A DNA stretch of 25,738 bases from a virus (taxonomy: Duplodnaviria > Caudoviricetes). Positions 1-11,700 of this stretch are shown piece after piece. Under the pieces are notes generated by a model. It saw only the letters and a list, made by a program, of their open reading frames with translations. It had not been told where the DNA came from and did no database searches. Position 1 is the stretch's first letter. The number at the start of each line of letters is the position of its first letter. Location: IMG/VR virus record IMGVR_UViG_3300030328_002416, positions 1 to 25,738 of that record; one strand, 5' to 3'. The translations under genes were made by a program, and so were the position numbers.

Positions 1-2702
1 TATGTTTGTAAAGTTTCTGTAGGTAATTGACGAGCATCTTCAACAATAGTATATGAACCGTTTACATCAGCTATTCTATCAGCTAATGTCTTAACTTCTG
101 CATCTGTTCCTAAAGTATCTCTTAATCTTCTACCTTCTGTATAATTTAATACAATATCATTTGCTTGTGATAATAAAGAGCTTATTAAGAAATCTAAATT
201 CCCTGCTTCTCTAGTCATATTTGCTGTTGCCCAATCAAAGTTTTCACTAGCTAAATGTCTTACACCTTCTAATGTTTTTTTAAATTTTGTTGCGTCACCT
301 GTTTCAAATTGTGCTGTTCCTAATTCATCAAGAATGCTTTTTGAAAGAGGTTCATTTCTTTTCCATATAGGATGTTCCACATAACCATCAGCACCTTCTA
401 CTAAATTTCCTAAAACATAATCATCTAATGCATCTGATGCTAATAGTATTCTTGCAATGTCACTTGTTGGAATTTGTCCGTTTTTAATTAAATTAAAAAT
501 TTCATTAAGAGTAGTAAAATCTGCTAAATAAGAACCACTAACTGCATTATCCAAATTATTAATTTTATCGCTGTAAGTAGGAAATAAAGAATTTGCATCT
601 AAACTTCCTCGTTTAAGATATTTAGTAAGAATCCTCTCATTTTTTAACTCTGACCTTATTCGTGAACCCATTTTTATATAATCACTTTCAGGGTCATAAT
701 ATCCTTCTGATGCAGCTATTAAGAATCTGACATCTCTTGAATCTAAAGCGTTTCTAATAGGTAGTGTTTTTACTATAACTTTGTCACTATTAAGATAAGG
801 AGCTCCTACAGCAAATTGCACTAAACTATAATCAAATTTAAATCTTCTTCCTTTTCCTAACTTATTTATTTCAGGTGGTATTGGCATTCTAACCATACCA
901 CCAGCTCCATCCCATCCAATATCTACTCCTGGTTTATGGTTATTTTGAAAGTCAAAAGTACCAAGACCATGATAAGTATCTGCAACGTGAGCATTGATAG
1001 GTGAGTTTACAAAAGCCACACCAACTTCATCTGCATATTCCATAAGTTCCATCCACCAGGTAGCAGATTGTCTCATTAAACCTTTTTTAACCGATTCTAT
1101 TTTTTTCATACTAGGATAAGCACCTATTACATGGGAAGGTTCAAGATTTATAAAATTAGCTACTATTGCACCATTAGGTTCTATTTGGTGTGCATATTGT
1201 CTTGAACCTGAACCATCACTACCTAATATTGTTGCTATTATGTCTGTTCCATCAGGTAATGTATAAACTAAACCAAATACTTGACTAGGTCTAGTAGATA
1301 TTTTCTGCCAAGGCAAACCACGTTGTTTTATTTTATCAAACCATTCTTTAGGATTACCATTTGGTATTCTGTCTTTTACAATACTTTTTCGATAATTCAT
1401 AGTTCCACCCCTTTTTTTAGAACCGATGAGTATTGAATTTCTTTTTTGTACTGTATCTATTACAGCTCTATTAATTAACCTTGTAATATCATTTGTATCA
1501 TTTCTTCCATAAAGCAAATTTAATGATTCATAAAAACTTGATTCGTGTGCGGAAGTATTTATTCTTGATGAAAATAAAGCGTTAAGAGTTCTTTCATTAT
1601 TACCACGACCTACTTTTTGACCTATTTTTGAAACTATTTTATCGCTACCACCTTCAAATAATTTTGTTTTTATTATTTTATTATGTAACTTTCCAAGTTT
1701 ATTTTGTACTGTTTCCATATCTTCAGGAAATATAAATAATCTATTACGAGCATATGCTTCTGCTAGTTCATCAAAATTATTTTTTATTGTTACATCTCTA
1801 TTATTTCTTGAAGATAAAGGCAGAGTATTGTCATCAATATCTCCTGAACGAAACTGATTTAACATAACCCAATTATCAGGTATATTTTGTATGCTTGTAA
1901 ATTTTAAACCAGTATGAGAAAGAACAGTTTTATTCTTTTTAGCAAACTCTTGTACTGCATTACCACTTGGTGTTTGATTTACCCACCAGCTAAAATCTTC
2001 TTTAATGTAATCAAAATCTACAAATTCATAAAGTTGATTACCAACAGGATGCCAATCTCCAGAACTTTGAACATCTAAACCATATTTTCTTGTTGTAATA
2101 CCCATATTCTCTAATGCCATAACAAATTTATTTCTATTGCTAATATCAAATATTTCATCAAATGTCATGTCTTCTACAAGAACAGCTTCTTTAAAATAAT
2201 TTTCAAAATCAGGATTATCTTCTTTTAATGCTTCGTACAATTCAATAAAAAATTTATGGTCTCCTTCTTCTACAGTAAGATTTCCTGAACCGCTTCTTCG
2301 ACTTGTTTGTTGTCTATCTCTTCTAGGTTCTCTTCTAGGTTCTCTTCTAGGTTCTGGTCTATCTCCGAAATACGCTGTTTCTAAATTTGTATTTTCAGCT
2401 ACAAGACTGTCTCTCATTTCACGTAAAGGAGCTATTACTTCCTCTCTAACATTTAAAAATATTTGTCCTTGTGACTCATAAGATATTCCTGATTGTGAAG
2501 TAGCCTGTGCTGCTAACATTGTTGCTATATCAGGATTGGTTGTTCCTCTTTCAAATTCTTCTAATATACCTCTTACTACTTCTTTTTGAGCTTCTGAACC
2601 AAGACCATCCCATATTTCTGATAACTCTTCTAACGCAGATGAATTATCTATTAATACAGTTAACTCATTAAGTATTCTTTCCTCAAACCTTTGGACCTGC
2701 AC
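1..2702 (-). CDS. Large (>900 aa) probable virion/ejection or polyvalent-type protein with a divergent GNAT-like segment; truncated by the window edge
   Basis: Not in the ORF track. Manual translation from GTG at 2702 (1 nt after the stop of the 60-aa gene) is open for 900 codons to position 3: MQVQRFEERILNELTVLIDNSS...ELMEYADEVGVAFVNSPINAHVADTYHGLGTFDF...GMVRMP...LPTETLQT. Confidence 0.85.
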   Translation of the reverse strand, partial: MQVQRFEERILNELTVLIDNSSALEELSEIWDGLGSEAQKEVVRGILEEFERGTTNPDIATMLAAQATSQSGISYESQGQIFLNVREEVIAPLREMRDSLVAENTNLETAYFGDRPEPRREPRREPRRDRQQTSRRSGSGNLTVEEGDHKFFIELYEALKEDNPDFENYFKEAVLVEDMTFDEIFDISNRNKFVMALENMGITTRKYGLDVQSSGDWHPVGNQLYEFVDFDYIKEDFSWWVNQTPSGNAVQEFAKKNKTVLSHTGLKFTSIQNIPDNWVMLNQFRSGDIDDNTLPLSSRNNRDVTIKNNFDELAEAYARNRLFIFPEDMETVQNKLGKLHNKIIKTKLFEGGSDKIVSKIGQKVGRGNNERTLNALFSSRINTSAHESSFYESLNLLYGRNDTNDITRLINRAVIDTVQKRNSILIGSKKRGGTMNYRKSIVKDRIPNGNPKEWFDKIKQRGLPWQKISTRPSQVFGLVYTLPDGTDIIATILGSDGSGSRQYAHQIEPNGAIVANFINLEPSHVIGAYPSMKKIESVKKGLMRQSATWWMELMEYADEVGVAFVNSPINAHVADTYHGLGTFDFQNNHKPGVDIGWDGAGGMVRMPIPPEINKLGKGRRFKFDYSLVQFAVGAPYLNSDKVIVKTLPIRNALDSRDVRFLIAASEGYYDPESDYIKMGSRIRSELKNERILTKYLKRGSLDANSLFPTYSDKINNLDNAVSGSYLADFTTLNEIFNLIKNGQIPTSDIARILLASDALDDYVLGNLVEGADGYVEHPIWKRNEPLSKSILDELGTAQFETGDATKFKKTLEGVRHLASENFDWATANMTREAGNLDFLISSLLSQANDIVLNYTEGRRLRDTLGTDAEVKTLADRIADVNGSYTIVEDARQLPTETLQT

Positions 2703-2810
2703 CTTACAACCTTATAATTTCAGCTAACGACATTCCTTTTTCTAATAATGTTTGAACACCATCATCATTGTAAAAATCTTCTTTAATGTAATCTCCATCA
2801 ACAAATTCAT
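1992..2810. repeat. Dispersed 38-bp direct repeat (34/38 identical) at 1992-2029 and 2773-2810
   Basis: AAAATCTTCTTTAATGTAATC-nnn-ATC-n-ACAAATTCAT at both sites; encodes EFVD[F/G]DYIKEDF in two adjacent genes. Confidence 0.9.
2317..2352 (-). repeat. 3 x 12-bp in-frame tandem repeat encoding (EPRR)3
   Basis: TCTCTTCTAGGT x3 on the + strand, inside the large ORF. Confidence 0.9.
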
Positions 2811-2886
2811 CAATGTTATGCATACCCATGCTTTCAAATACTTCTACTAACTCTTCATCATCTTTCCATTTTATTTTTGTAGCCAT
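2704..2886 (-). CDS. Small acidic hypothetical protein (60 aa)
   Basis: Start overlaps the upstream stop (TAATG coupling); shares a motif with the downstream large ORF. Confidence 0.75.
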   Translation of the reverse strand: MATKIKWKDDEELVEVFESMGMHNIDEFVDGDYIKEDFYNDDGVQTLLEKGMSLAEIIRL

Positions 2887-4247
2887 TATCTATCTCTCAT
2901 AAAATCACGTGAAGCATTTCCTACATTATTATTTACTTTTTTATTTCCATTTTGTGGATTAATACGTAATACTTTTTCAAAGTTATCTAAGAAGTTTGCA
3001 CCTGCATTATCATCAGGTTTCATATATTTATTTGTCTGAGGATATTCATTCATTAATTCTTTTCTATTATCTTCTTCTTTGTTATTAGCTACTTCTGATG
3101 AAATACTGTCATCTACTTTCACATAAGGATTTTTGTTTCTTAAAATGTATTGATAAGTTAACATTAAATTACCTAAGTCATCACTTGATGTACTATTTTT
3201 AAGTCTTGAATAATGAGCATTTCTAACTAATGCATCTTTTTTATTTATCTCACTACCTGAATATATTTTTTTAGTTTTAGTATCGTAATATTTGGCATCA
3301 TCTTCAAACATCTGAGTTTGTAATTTATCCATAATATTAGTTGTATCTCCACTTGCTGTTAATCCTCCATATTCTGCATTAACAGGAACGTATGGATTAA
3401 TTAAAGTAGAATACAAATCTAATGCCATACTGTTAGATAAATTGTTAACATCTACATTAGATAATGAATTTTTAATTCTTTCATTTATAGAAGAACCACT
3501 TACTTGTGCCATTCTTCCACCTACCATATGTACAAATGTTTCAGGTGAATTAAATAAATTACCTTCTTGTGCAGATAATAACTTACCTCTTATTAATCCC
3601 ATGTTTATAGAATCTTCTTGAAATCTTTCAGCATTTTCTTTTTGAATACTCCCTACTTTATCTTGGATAAGTTCTGTTTCTTGCTGTTCTTGTCCTAAAG
3701 TATCAGTCATAATTTGTTGTTCATATTTATCAGTAAACTCATAAAGTTGTCCTTTACCACTTTTAATTCCATATGGGTCATCCTCTATTATCTCTGTTCC
3801 TGCTTCTGTTTTTGATTTATTCATAACTGTTTGCCAATTATTAATTCCATCAGTTCTTTCATCTCCTGTTTTTTGTTGTGCAATAATAACTGCAGCTAAT
3901 GCATTTAATCCAGGGTCATCTAAAGCCTCTTTAATATCATCATACTTATCAAACACTTCATACGTTCTTAATGTTGATTCCCATGTAGGTATGTGTATCT
4001 GCCATGGTCCTCTTGAATTACCACCATCTCCTGGTGTGTTTGTTGCTATACCAGTGCTTGTTGCAGTTTCAGGTTCACCATGTTCAGCTAAAGCAATAGC
4101 TATATATTTTTGTATATCCTTATCTTTAGTTGGGTCTAAATGTAAATTATCACTAATAAACTCTACTTTTTCTTCATTCAGTTTTAAATAATTAACTGCA
4201 AATTGTAAAAATTCTGCTAATTGTTGTGGTGTATATTCCATTACCAA
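2886..4247 (-). CDS. Virion-associated protein with N-terminal lytic transglycosylase (SLT/lysozyme-like) domain
   Basis: IAIALAEH...GDGGNSRGPWQIH...LDDPGLNALAAVII...GINNWQTV matches the AIALAES...S.G.WQI...DP..NA.AA...W.T pattern, with catalytic Glu present; located among large acidic genes. Confidence 0.75.
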   Translation of the reverse strand: MVMEYTPQQLAEFLQFAVNYLKLNEEKVEFISDNLHLDPTKDKDIQKYIAIALAEHGEPETATSTGIATNTPGDGGNSRGPWQIHIPTWESTLRTYEVFDKYDDIKEALDDPGLNALAAVIIAQQKTGDERTDGINNWQTVMNKSKTEAGTEIIEDDPYGIKSGKGQLYEFTDKYEQQIMTDTLGQEQQETELIQDKVGSIQKENAERFQEDSINMGLIRGKLLSAQEGNLFNSPETFVHMVGGRMAQVSGSSINERIKNSLSNVDVNNLSNSMALDLYSTLINPYVPVNAEYGGLTASGDTTNIMDKLQTQMFEDDAKYYDTKTKKIYSGSEINKKDALVRNAHYSRLKNSTSSDDLGNLMLTYQYILRNKNPYVKVDDSISSEVANNKEEDNRKELMNEYPQTNKYMKPDDNAGANFLDNFEKVLRINPQNGNKKVNNNVGNASRDFMRDR

Positions 4248-5788
4248 CTCTCCTCAAAAGCTAAAAAGTTATCTCTAAAACTATTTGCTAAAGCTCTTCT
4301 ACCTGACATTTCAGATACTGCTGATATTTTACCACTTTCTAGTTTTTCAAACTGATTACTTAATTCCTGAGCTACATTTATAGAATTAAGTACAGGCTTT
4401 CCTAATTTATTTCTAGCTTCTTCAGGAGTAGGTAATTTAACATTAAATTTAATATCACTGAACCCTTGTCCAGGAGTTCTTGTATATTCTCCTGTAGATA
4501 AACCTATTATGTCATTTAATGACATTTGATTTTGCTTTATTTCTATTTCTCTTGCGGCTGCTTGTGATTGTAAATCTGCTAATATTTCTCCATATTTTTT
4601 ATAATCTGCAGCAGTTGCTGTTAATCCTTTAGATGCAAATAAACCATCTATAGCTTGTTTTACTTCTACATCTGAAGGAGGTAAAACTTCTTGTCCGTAT
4701 TGTTCTAATTGTTTTTCAAAAGCTGGGTCTATAGCAAGACCTGACAATAACATATCATCTTCTCTTAATTTAAGAAATGGTGATAATTGACCTAATATTG
4801 TTGGTGCTTCTTTATCTATATATTGCATATTTGGTGCTAACCATTGCATATCATTTGCTTGTGTCATTAAATTTGCTAAAAATCCTATTTCATTTTCTGT
4901 TGTTGAAAAGTCTATTTCTCCTGGAACAAAATTATAAGATGATAAATCTAATCCTGCAGCAGCTAATTGTTGTTGCATATTAAATATTTCAGTAGGTGAC
5001 ATTCCAATAAATGCTTCTGCCGCAGAACCACGTGTAAACCATGGCTTTATAGGGTCACCATTTTCATCTCTAACTATTTCTAATATTGGGTCTCCTGTTA
5101 CAGGGTCTACTTCGTATCTAACATATTGATTTTTGTCATCAATTTGAATGTTATATCCTGTATAAAATTCACTTGAACGACTTACTATTTCACCTGTTTG
5201 AGGGTCTCTTTCTTGTTTTTTAGCTGTAAATAATCCAGGTATTTTAGGATTTACATCAGTAAATACTGTTGTTGTACCATCTTCATTATCAATAGTTCCT
5301 TGCGACCAACTGTTAACTAATTCAAATACATCACCTAATGCTATTTTAATTTCTTCTGAAGCAGCTCCTGTAGGGTCATCTTCACCTAGCAATTTAGGAC
5401 CGATACTTGCAGTTATACCATTTTTATCTGTTTGTGGTTGTATAAGAATTTCTAAATAATTAACAACACTATCAATATATGTTGTCATATCAGTAGCATT
5501 AAATATTGCATCATCTGCTTCTGCAAATTTTTCTGCGTCACTTGTTCCTGTTGTTAAATCAAAGTCTGTATTTCCTGATATAATATCAAACAAACTATAT
5601 ACTGTAATACCTAGATAATTACCATCTTGTTCCGTTCTTATTGGTACTTGTATGTTTTTAGTTATTTCTATTAAGAAATCTTGTATGCCTTGTTCTTGTT
5701 GGAAATCTGCAAAACCACCTGTTTCATCTAGTCCTTCAAGATAGTTTTGTATATCTTCTAACGTTTTCTCATCTAAGTATTGACTCAT
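4241..5788 (-). CDS. Acidic hypothetical protein, probable internal virion/ejection protein (515 aa)
   Basis: Long ORF abutting its neighbours; D/E/Q/G-rich; lies between the 2030-aa gene and the transglycosylase gene. Confidence 0.6.
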   Translation of the reverse strand: MSQYLDEKTLEDIQNYLEGLDETGGFADFQQEQGIQDFLIEITKNIQVPIRTEQDGNYLGITVYSLFDIISGNTDFDLTTGTSDAEKFAEADDAIFNATDMTTYIDSVVNYLEILIQPQTDKNGITASIGPKLLGEDDPTGAASEEIKIALGDVFELVNSWSQGTIDNEDGTTTVFTDVNPKIPGLFTAKKQERDPQTGEIVSRSSEFYTGYNIQIDDKNQYVRYEVDPVTGDPILEIVRDENGDPIKPWFTRGSAAEAFIGMSPTEIFNMQQQLAAAGLDLSSYNFVPGEIDFSTTENEIGFLANLMTQANDMQWLAPNMQYIDKEAPTILGQLSPFLKLREDDMLLSGLAIDPAFEKQLEQYGQEVLPPSDVEVKQAIDGLFASKGLTATAADYKKYGEILADLQSQAAAREIEIKQNQMSLNDIIGLSTGEYTRTPGQGFSDIKFNVKLPTPEEARNKLGKPVLNSINVAQELSNQFEKLESGKISAVSEMSGRRALANSFRDNFLAFEESW

Positions 5789-8700
5789 TTAAAAATCCTT
5801 CTCATATCTTCTGTTATCTAGCTCTTTCCAAAAGTTACCTAAATACATGTCTATAAAGTTAGTATCTTTATACTCATTAGCTAATTGTCTAGCATATTTA
5901 TCTAACAATATCCTTATAGCTGCAGTATTTTCGTTACTACCTTTTAAGTTTGCAGCAGTCTTATTTTTAACACCACTACCATATACAGTATAGCTCTCAT
6001 CTCCCACAGTAAAAGTACCACCGTTTAATACTACATTTATTGCTTCATCATATTTATCTAAGAATAATTTAAGAGGTTTATATTCAGCAGAATTTTTTAA
6101 TATTTCATTGTCTTCCCACATTCTAAATTCTTGCATTACATAATCTTGTTCTGCTCTAATAATTGCATTACCTATGTTTCCATATGGAATCATTTTGTAT
6201 TCGTCAACTAATTTATTCTTTTTTGATGTATATGCTTCTCTTCTAGCAGAGTCAGTCATTGATGGGTCATTTACTAAATCTTGTCTGTATTCTTCTAACT
6301 CAAATTGTAGAAGTGTTTGTTGTAATGCTCTTCTATAGTCTTGTGGGTCTAATGTTTCAGAACCTTCTAAAAATGCAGGGTATGAAAATTCATCATCCCA
6401 ACTATCCATCTTTATATATATAGCTGTTTGTGGATATTCCTCTATTAATTGTTTATTTTCAGTTTGTTGCCAAAATTTAAATGATTCTTTTCTAGCAGGA
6501 AATCTACCTTTCTTTTCAGTAGTTGCTTGTCTTAATGGTATTGGGTTAATACCAAATCTAGTAATAAATTGTTGTGATGTTACAAAATAATCAAAGTCAT
6601 TATTTTCTAGCATCTGTTGATATTTTTGTGCTAATACCTGTATTCCCCACCAAGTACCATTTTTATCTTTTAATTCATAACGTGGTTGTATAGCTGTAGG
6701 AAAAGCACCTTTAGCCATTCCTCTAATAATCCAATGTTTTGATGCTGCATCCATAGCTTCTATTAATGCTGCTTTTTGTGATTCAGTATCATCAGGCGTC
6801 CATTTACCTGCATAGTAATACATAGTATATATATCCATTACTGTTGCAGCTACTGATGCTTCCATTTCTTCTGAAGCAGCACCATCACCCATAAATGGTT
6901 GTTTTAATATAATATCTTTCGCCCAACCTGGTAATTCATCAGCAATATTAAAACCACCACCAGGTGCATTAAAGTTTCCTAAAATAAAATTATCTAAAAA
7001 TTTTGGTGTAGGAAAATATTTTGTAAATAATTTGTAAGCCATTTGTACATTAGGACCAAAACCAGGTGAAAAACCATTAGCTGCTACTAAGTTTAAACCT
7101 TCTAAGAATCCATATGGTCTTACTTTTACACCTTCGTCTCTTAAATCTTCTCCTAATAAAGCTGACTGCACAGGTGCAAATCCCATTTGTCCTGGAATGG
7201 ATGCTACACCAAATGTCATTACATTAGCAACATCAACCCAATTAAACATTAATTCTCCTGTTACAGGGTCTGTTTCAAAGAAAGCATTGTGTGTATCCCA
7301 AGGTTTTGATTCTTTACCTGCGTCTATAGTTATACGTGTTCTATTAAATTTTTGTGGATTATCTATTGTTAATTTACCCCATGTCTTTGCAACTTCTTGC
7401 CATATTTCAGGAAATGGAACATACGTAGCCATAACATCAGACAATACATGTCTGTCAGAACTTGCATACAGTAAGTCTTTTACATTTTCTAATGCTTTAT
7501 ATTTCAATAATTGTTCTGCTTGTTCAAGGCTAGTAACACTTACTTCTTCTTTTATTTTAGGTATTTTTGATGCACGGACTATATCATCCCACATTTGACT
7601 ACCTTCAATCCAAGGTTTTGCACCTACTAAAAATTCTTTTGTTGTTTTTTCATCAAAAGTAGGTATAAAATTTGGTGCTTCTGTATAAAAAGACCATCTA
7701 AACATTGGGTCTCTATTTAACCAATCAGAAGGTTTTGCTAATAAGTTTCTATATCCTGCTTCTAATACTTTATCCCATTTTTCCATTGTTGATTCATATG
7801 TTGCACCTCGGTTAAAATCATACCCTGATTTAAGATATGCTTGTTCTCTAGGTCCTAATCCGTTTACAACAATGTCTTCATTAAATGCTTTTTTAACTTT
7901 TTTATAAAATTTTCCATAATAACTTCTTGTTCTGTTATTTAAAACAGCATGTTTTTGTGCTAGTTCAAGCCAATCTTCTCCATTTAAAAATCCGCTATTA
8001 GCAATAAATTCTTTAACTTGTTGTGAACCTAATGATAAATCTGCTTCATAATCAGGAAGAATCATTTCTCCTTCTGCATTATGTATTATTTCTCTAGCTT
8101 GTCTTTGAGATATTCCTCTGTTTCCTCTTCTAATTTTTCTTGAAGGATTTCCTTGTAATCTTGCAATATCGTAATTAATAGCTTGTAACCATTTTTTAAG
8201 TTCTGATTCTTTTTCTAATATTCTTCTTATTTCTGGCTCATCACTTTGTTTTATTAAATCTTGTATGTATTGTTTACCATTAATATTTTTTGTAAAATAC
8301 TCAACTGCATTTTCAACACCATCTCTAGCTACTATTACATATGCAGGGTCTTTTGTTACACTAAATAAATCTTCAATAAATCCGTACCACCATTCTTCTT
8401 GTATTACATCAGAACCTGTATTTTTATGTTTCTTAGCCATTAAATACATTTCATCTTTTGATTTTCGATTTTTACCAGGTAAAAATCTTTGTAATAAAGT
8501 TTGATTTGACTGAGCTTGTATATACATAGGGTCACCATTAAAAATAGTTCCTGATGGTGCAGCTTGTGCATAGCCACCTTTTTTCTTCATAATTAGTTTT
8601 GCTGTATTAAAATTACTTTCAAACATAGCTTCAAGAATTTCTTTTTTTACTACAGAATCAATATTTATATTATCTATACCGTCATAAATTCTTATTCTTG

Positions 8701-11700
8701 GTATTTGACCACGTAAATCTATTAACTTATATAATTTTTCTTGTTTACTTAATGCTTCTACCATAGCTTTAGTAGGGTAAACATATCTTTCATGGCTTTT
8801 AATAGCTATTGATAAAGAGTTTATTAAAGTATCTTTAGCTTGTTGAAAAGTCATATTATTAACAGTTTTGTTTACAATCCCTACATTTAAATCAATTAAT
8901 GTAGGAGGAACTAATGCTTCTCCTTGTGTTACATCTCCTGCAAAATTTCTTGTAACTTGTAATACATGATTTTCTTTTTGTAATGCTTTCATCACATTTG
9001 GTTGTGATAAATATTGTTCTATAGTTTGTTGAAAACCTTCTTCTGCTTTATCTATTGTTGTTTTTAAACTTTTATACGGTGCAACTGAAACAGCAGCACC
9101 TTCTAATGTTGTACCATCAATTTTTAAAACAGCATTTTCAATATCGTCTAAATCCCATTTCATTATATCTTCAGCCATTAATCTAACATTACGGTCAGTA
9201 ACTTTTTGTTTTTTTAATTTAGGTAATTCACCAATTATTTCGTCAAAAGCATAATCTGTCATATTGTCGCCACGTAAAAAAGATGCTAAATAAGAATCGC
9301 CTACTTCTCCTGCTGCATTTACATTTAATCGTAAATGTTTAATTGATTTTTCAATTTGTTCGTATTTTAAATTAGTAATAGAATTTACTAAATCTTTGTT
9401 ACCAATCATTTCAGCTAACATTTCTGCTTCTTCATTATATAATCTTGTAGCCATAAACTGTTCTCCTAAACTTCCTTGCATCTGTACAACAGTTTTACCT
9501 TTACGTCCAATATCACTTTTTAATGAAGTTAAAAGTACAGGATGTGAAAATACATTAGGTCCTCCATAATATGCTAGACGAACTGATTCTTCAGGTGGAA
9601 CTCTTAACGCTAATGCTAAACGTAACATCCATGATGGTTTTAATACTCTTTGCATAACAATATCGTTATATACGTAATCTACGTTTCCTGGTGGAGATAA
9701 TGATACTCTTCCGCCTCTTGAAGGGTCAGGTACAAATGCTTTTCTAGGAACTTTAAAAAACTGTTGATTAATTTTAGAAAAAGCAGATGCTTTAGGGTCA
9801 TGCCACATGACAGATTTTAATCTACTCCCACTAGGTCCAACTAATCTATTAAATCTTTTACCTGCTTTAGCTAATTGTTGATAATCAATTAAAGGAACAA
9901 AATGTTCTGCAAACTGAGACATAGTTAAAGCTGTAGGTGCAGCTACTGTTTTACTTTGAAAAGTACCATCAGCTTTTTGAACTGCATCAGCTAAATATTC
10001 AATTTTAGTTCCTGGAAACGATAATGCTACTCCATCTGCATCATAAAAATATTTTTTAGTTTCTAAAGTATTAGATACCACCTTTGAAACTCTTATCATT
10101 TCTTCAAGTGCATCTGGGTCTTCAGCTAAATCAGGATTATTTTTTACTACAAATTTTGCAATTCTTTCATTTAGTTTTTCGACAACATTAACAACATCTT
10201 GTTGATTTTTTGATTCTAATATTTCTTTTATATATAAATCTCTTAAAGTTTCTTTTTCTCCCATAGCAATTAAAGAACCTTCTATGTTGTTTACTGTTTC
10301 TGCAATTTGTGTTACTGCTGCATATTTATCAGGTGCTAAATCAAATAATCTTCTTGTTTTTAAAGGAAGGCTGTACATTAATTGACTGCCCATTCCTACC
10401 AAACCTGCAAATGGGTCGTTTTTCATTTTACCCATAAACGCACCAACTGTTCTTCTTAGTGGTGCAACGTCTGTACTTCCACCTAATCTTTTAGCTAATG
10501 CGTCTGATGCTTCACCTACTAAACTTTTACGCATTGGTAATTTTGTTAATGGTGCATTTTGTGCAGCTAATCTTATTTCATCTCCAACAAAAGCACCTGA
10601 GTATGGTGCAATCATAAGTTCTGAAAAATCACCTTGTCTCATTAAACTTCTAAGTGATTCTCTCATTATATTTTTGTCACCTACTTTTGCTAAATAATCT
10701 AAAACTCTAGGGTCAAGTTTTTTAAAACCAGGTATCATTCGTAATCTAGCTACAGAAGTGTTTTGAGTCATAGCATCTACAAATTCATCTCCCCATTTTG
10801 TATCAAGTATTTGATTTGCTGTTTTTCCAAATGTTAATGCTCTAGCTTCTCTTCCTCCTTTAGTAGGTTTTAAAGTTTTTAATGCTCTTGCTATAGTTGG
10901 AGTATTTCTTACAAAATCATCTACAGCAGCTTGTGTTACAACACTTCTAGCTGCAGTTTTAATTCCTGAACCGTAACCTAATAAAATGTTTATTGGGTCT
11001 GCACCCAATCTAAATGCACCGTCAATTATCGTACTTGTTAATGCATAAGATATATCACCTTCTTTGCTAAATTGTCCTGCAACAACTCTTCCAGGTGATA
11101 TAGGAACTCTTTCTCCTTGTGGTGTTGTATATTTATATCTATATTCATCTTTTTCAAATTCATCTGTTATTGGTTTTCCATAAGTTTGTTCAGCAATCGT
11201 ATACGCTTCTAATGGTGTCTTACCTAATTTTATTTCTTTTCTATATACTTCTGTATCTTGTAAATCCATAGAATTAGGTAAAATACCTGTTCCTAAATTT
11301 AAAGGATTACCTGCTTTCTGTTGTTCTCTAGCTCTTCTCCATTCTGTAGGACCATATGCTTCTTTAGTTGCCCTGTATGTTTTAGCAAATTCTTCTCCTA
11401 ATAATGATTCTCTAGCTGCATCTGAAGATTCTACTGATGGACTAAATGCTGTAAGTAAATTTTTAGCTACTGCTTTTCCTACAGGCATTCCTGTTTCTTG
11501 TGCTGCTACAACAGTAGATTTAAAATTTTGTGATATGTTTTGAAATGGTGCATCTAATGCTAAAAATCCTAACTGCGTTGCTCTTTTACCCCAACCAACT
11601 TGACTCTGCCTAACACTTCTTTGTTGTTTTTCTAATGCCTTTTGTTGTTTTTGTGCAAGTCGTAATATTAAATCATCATCTGCTTCTAATCCATATAATC

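Noticed and set aside
670-720. GYYDPESDYIKM resembling a zincin metallopeptidase strand
   Set aside because: No HExxH follows in the translation
1992-2810. DGR template/variable repeat pair
   Set aside because: Only 38 bp, mismatches are not adenine-specific on the coding strand, and no reverse transcriptase is in the window
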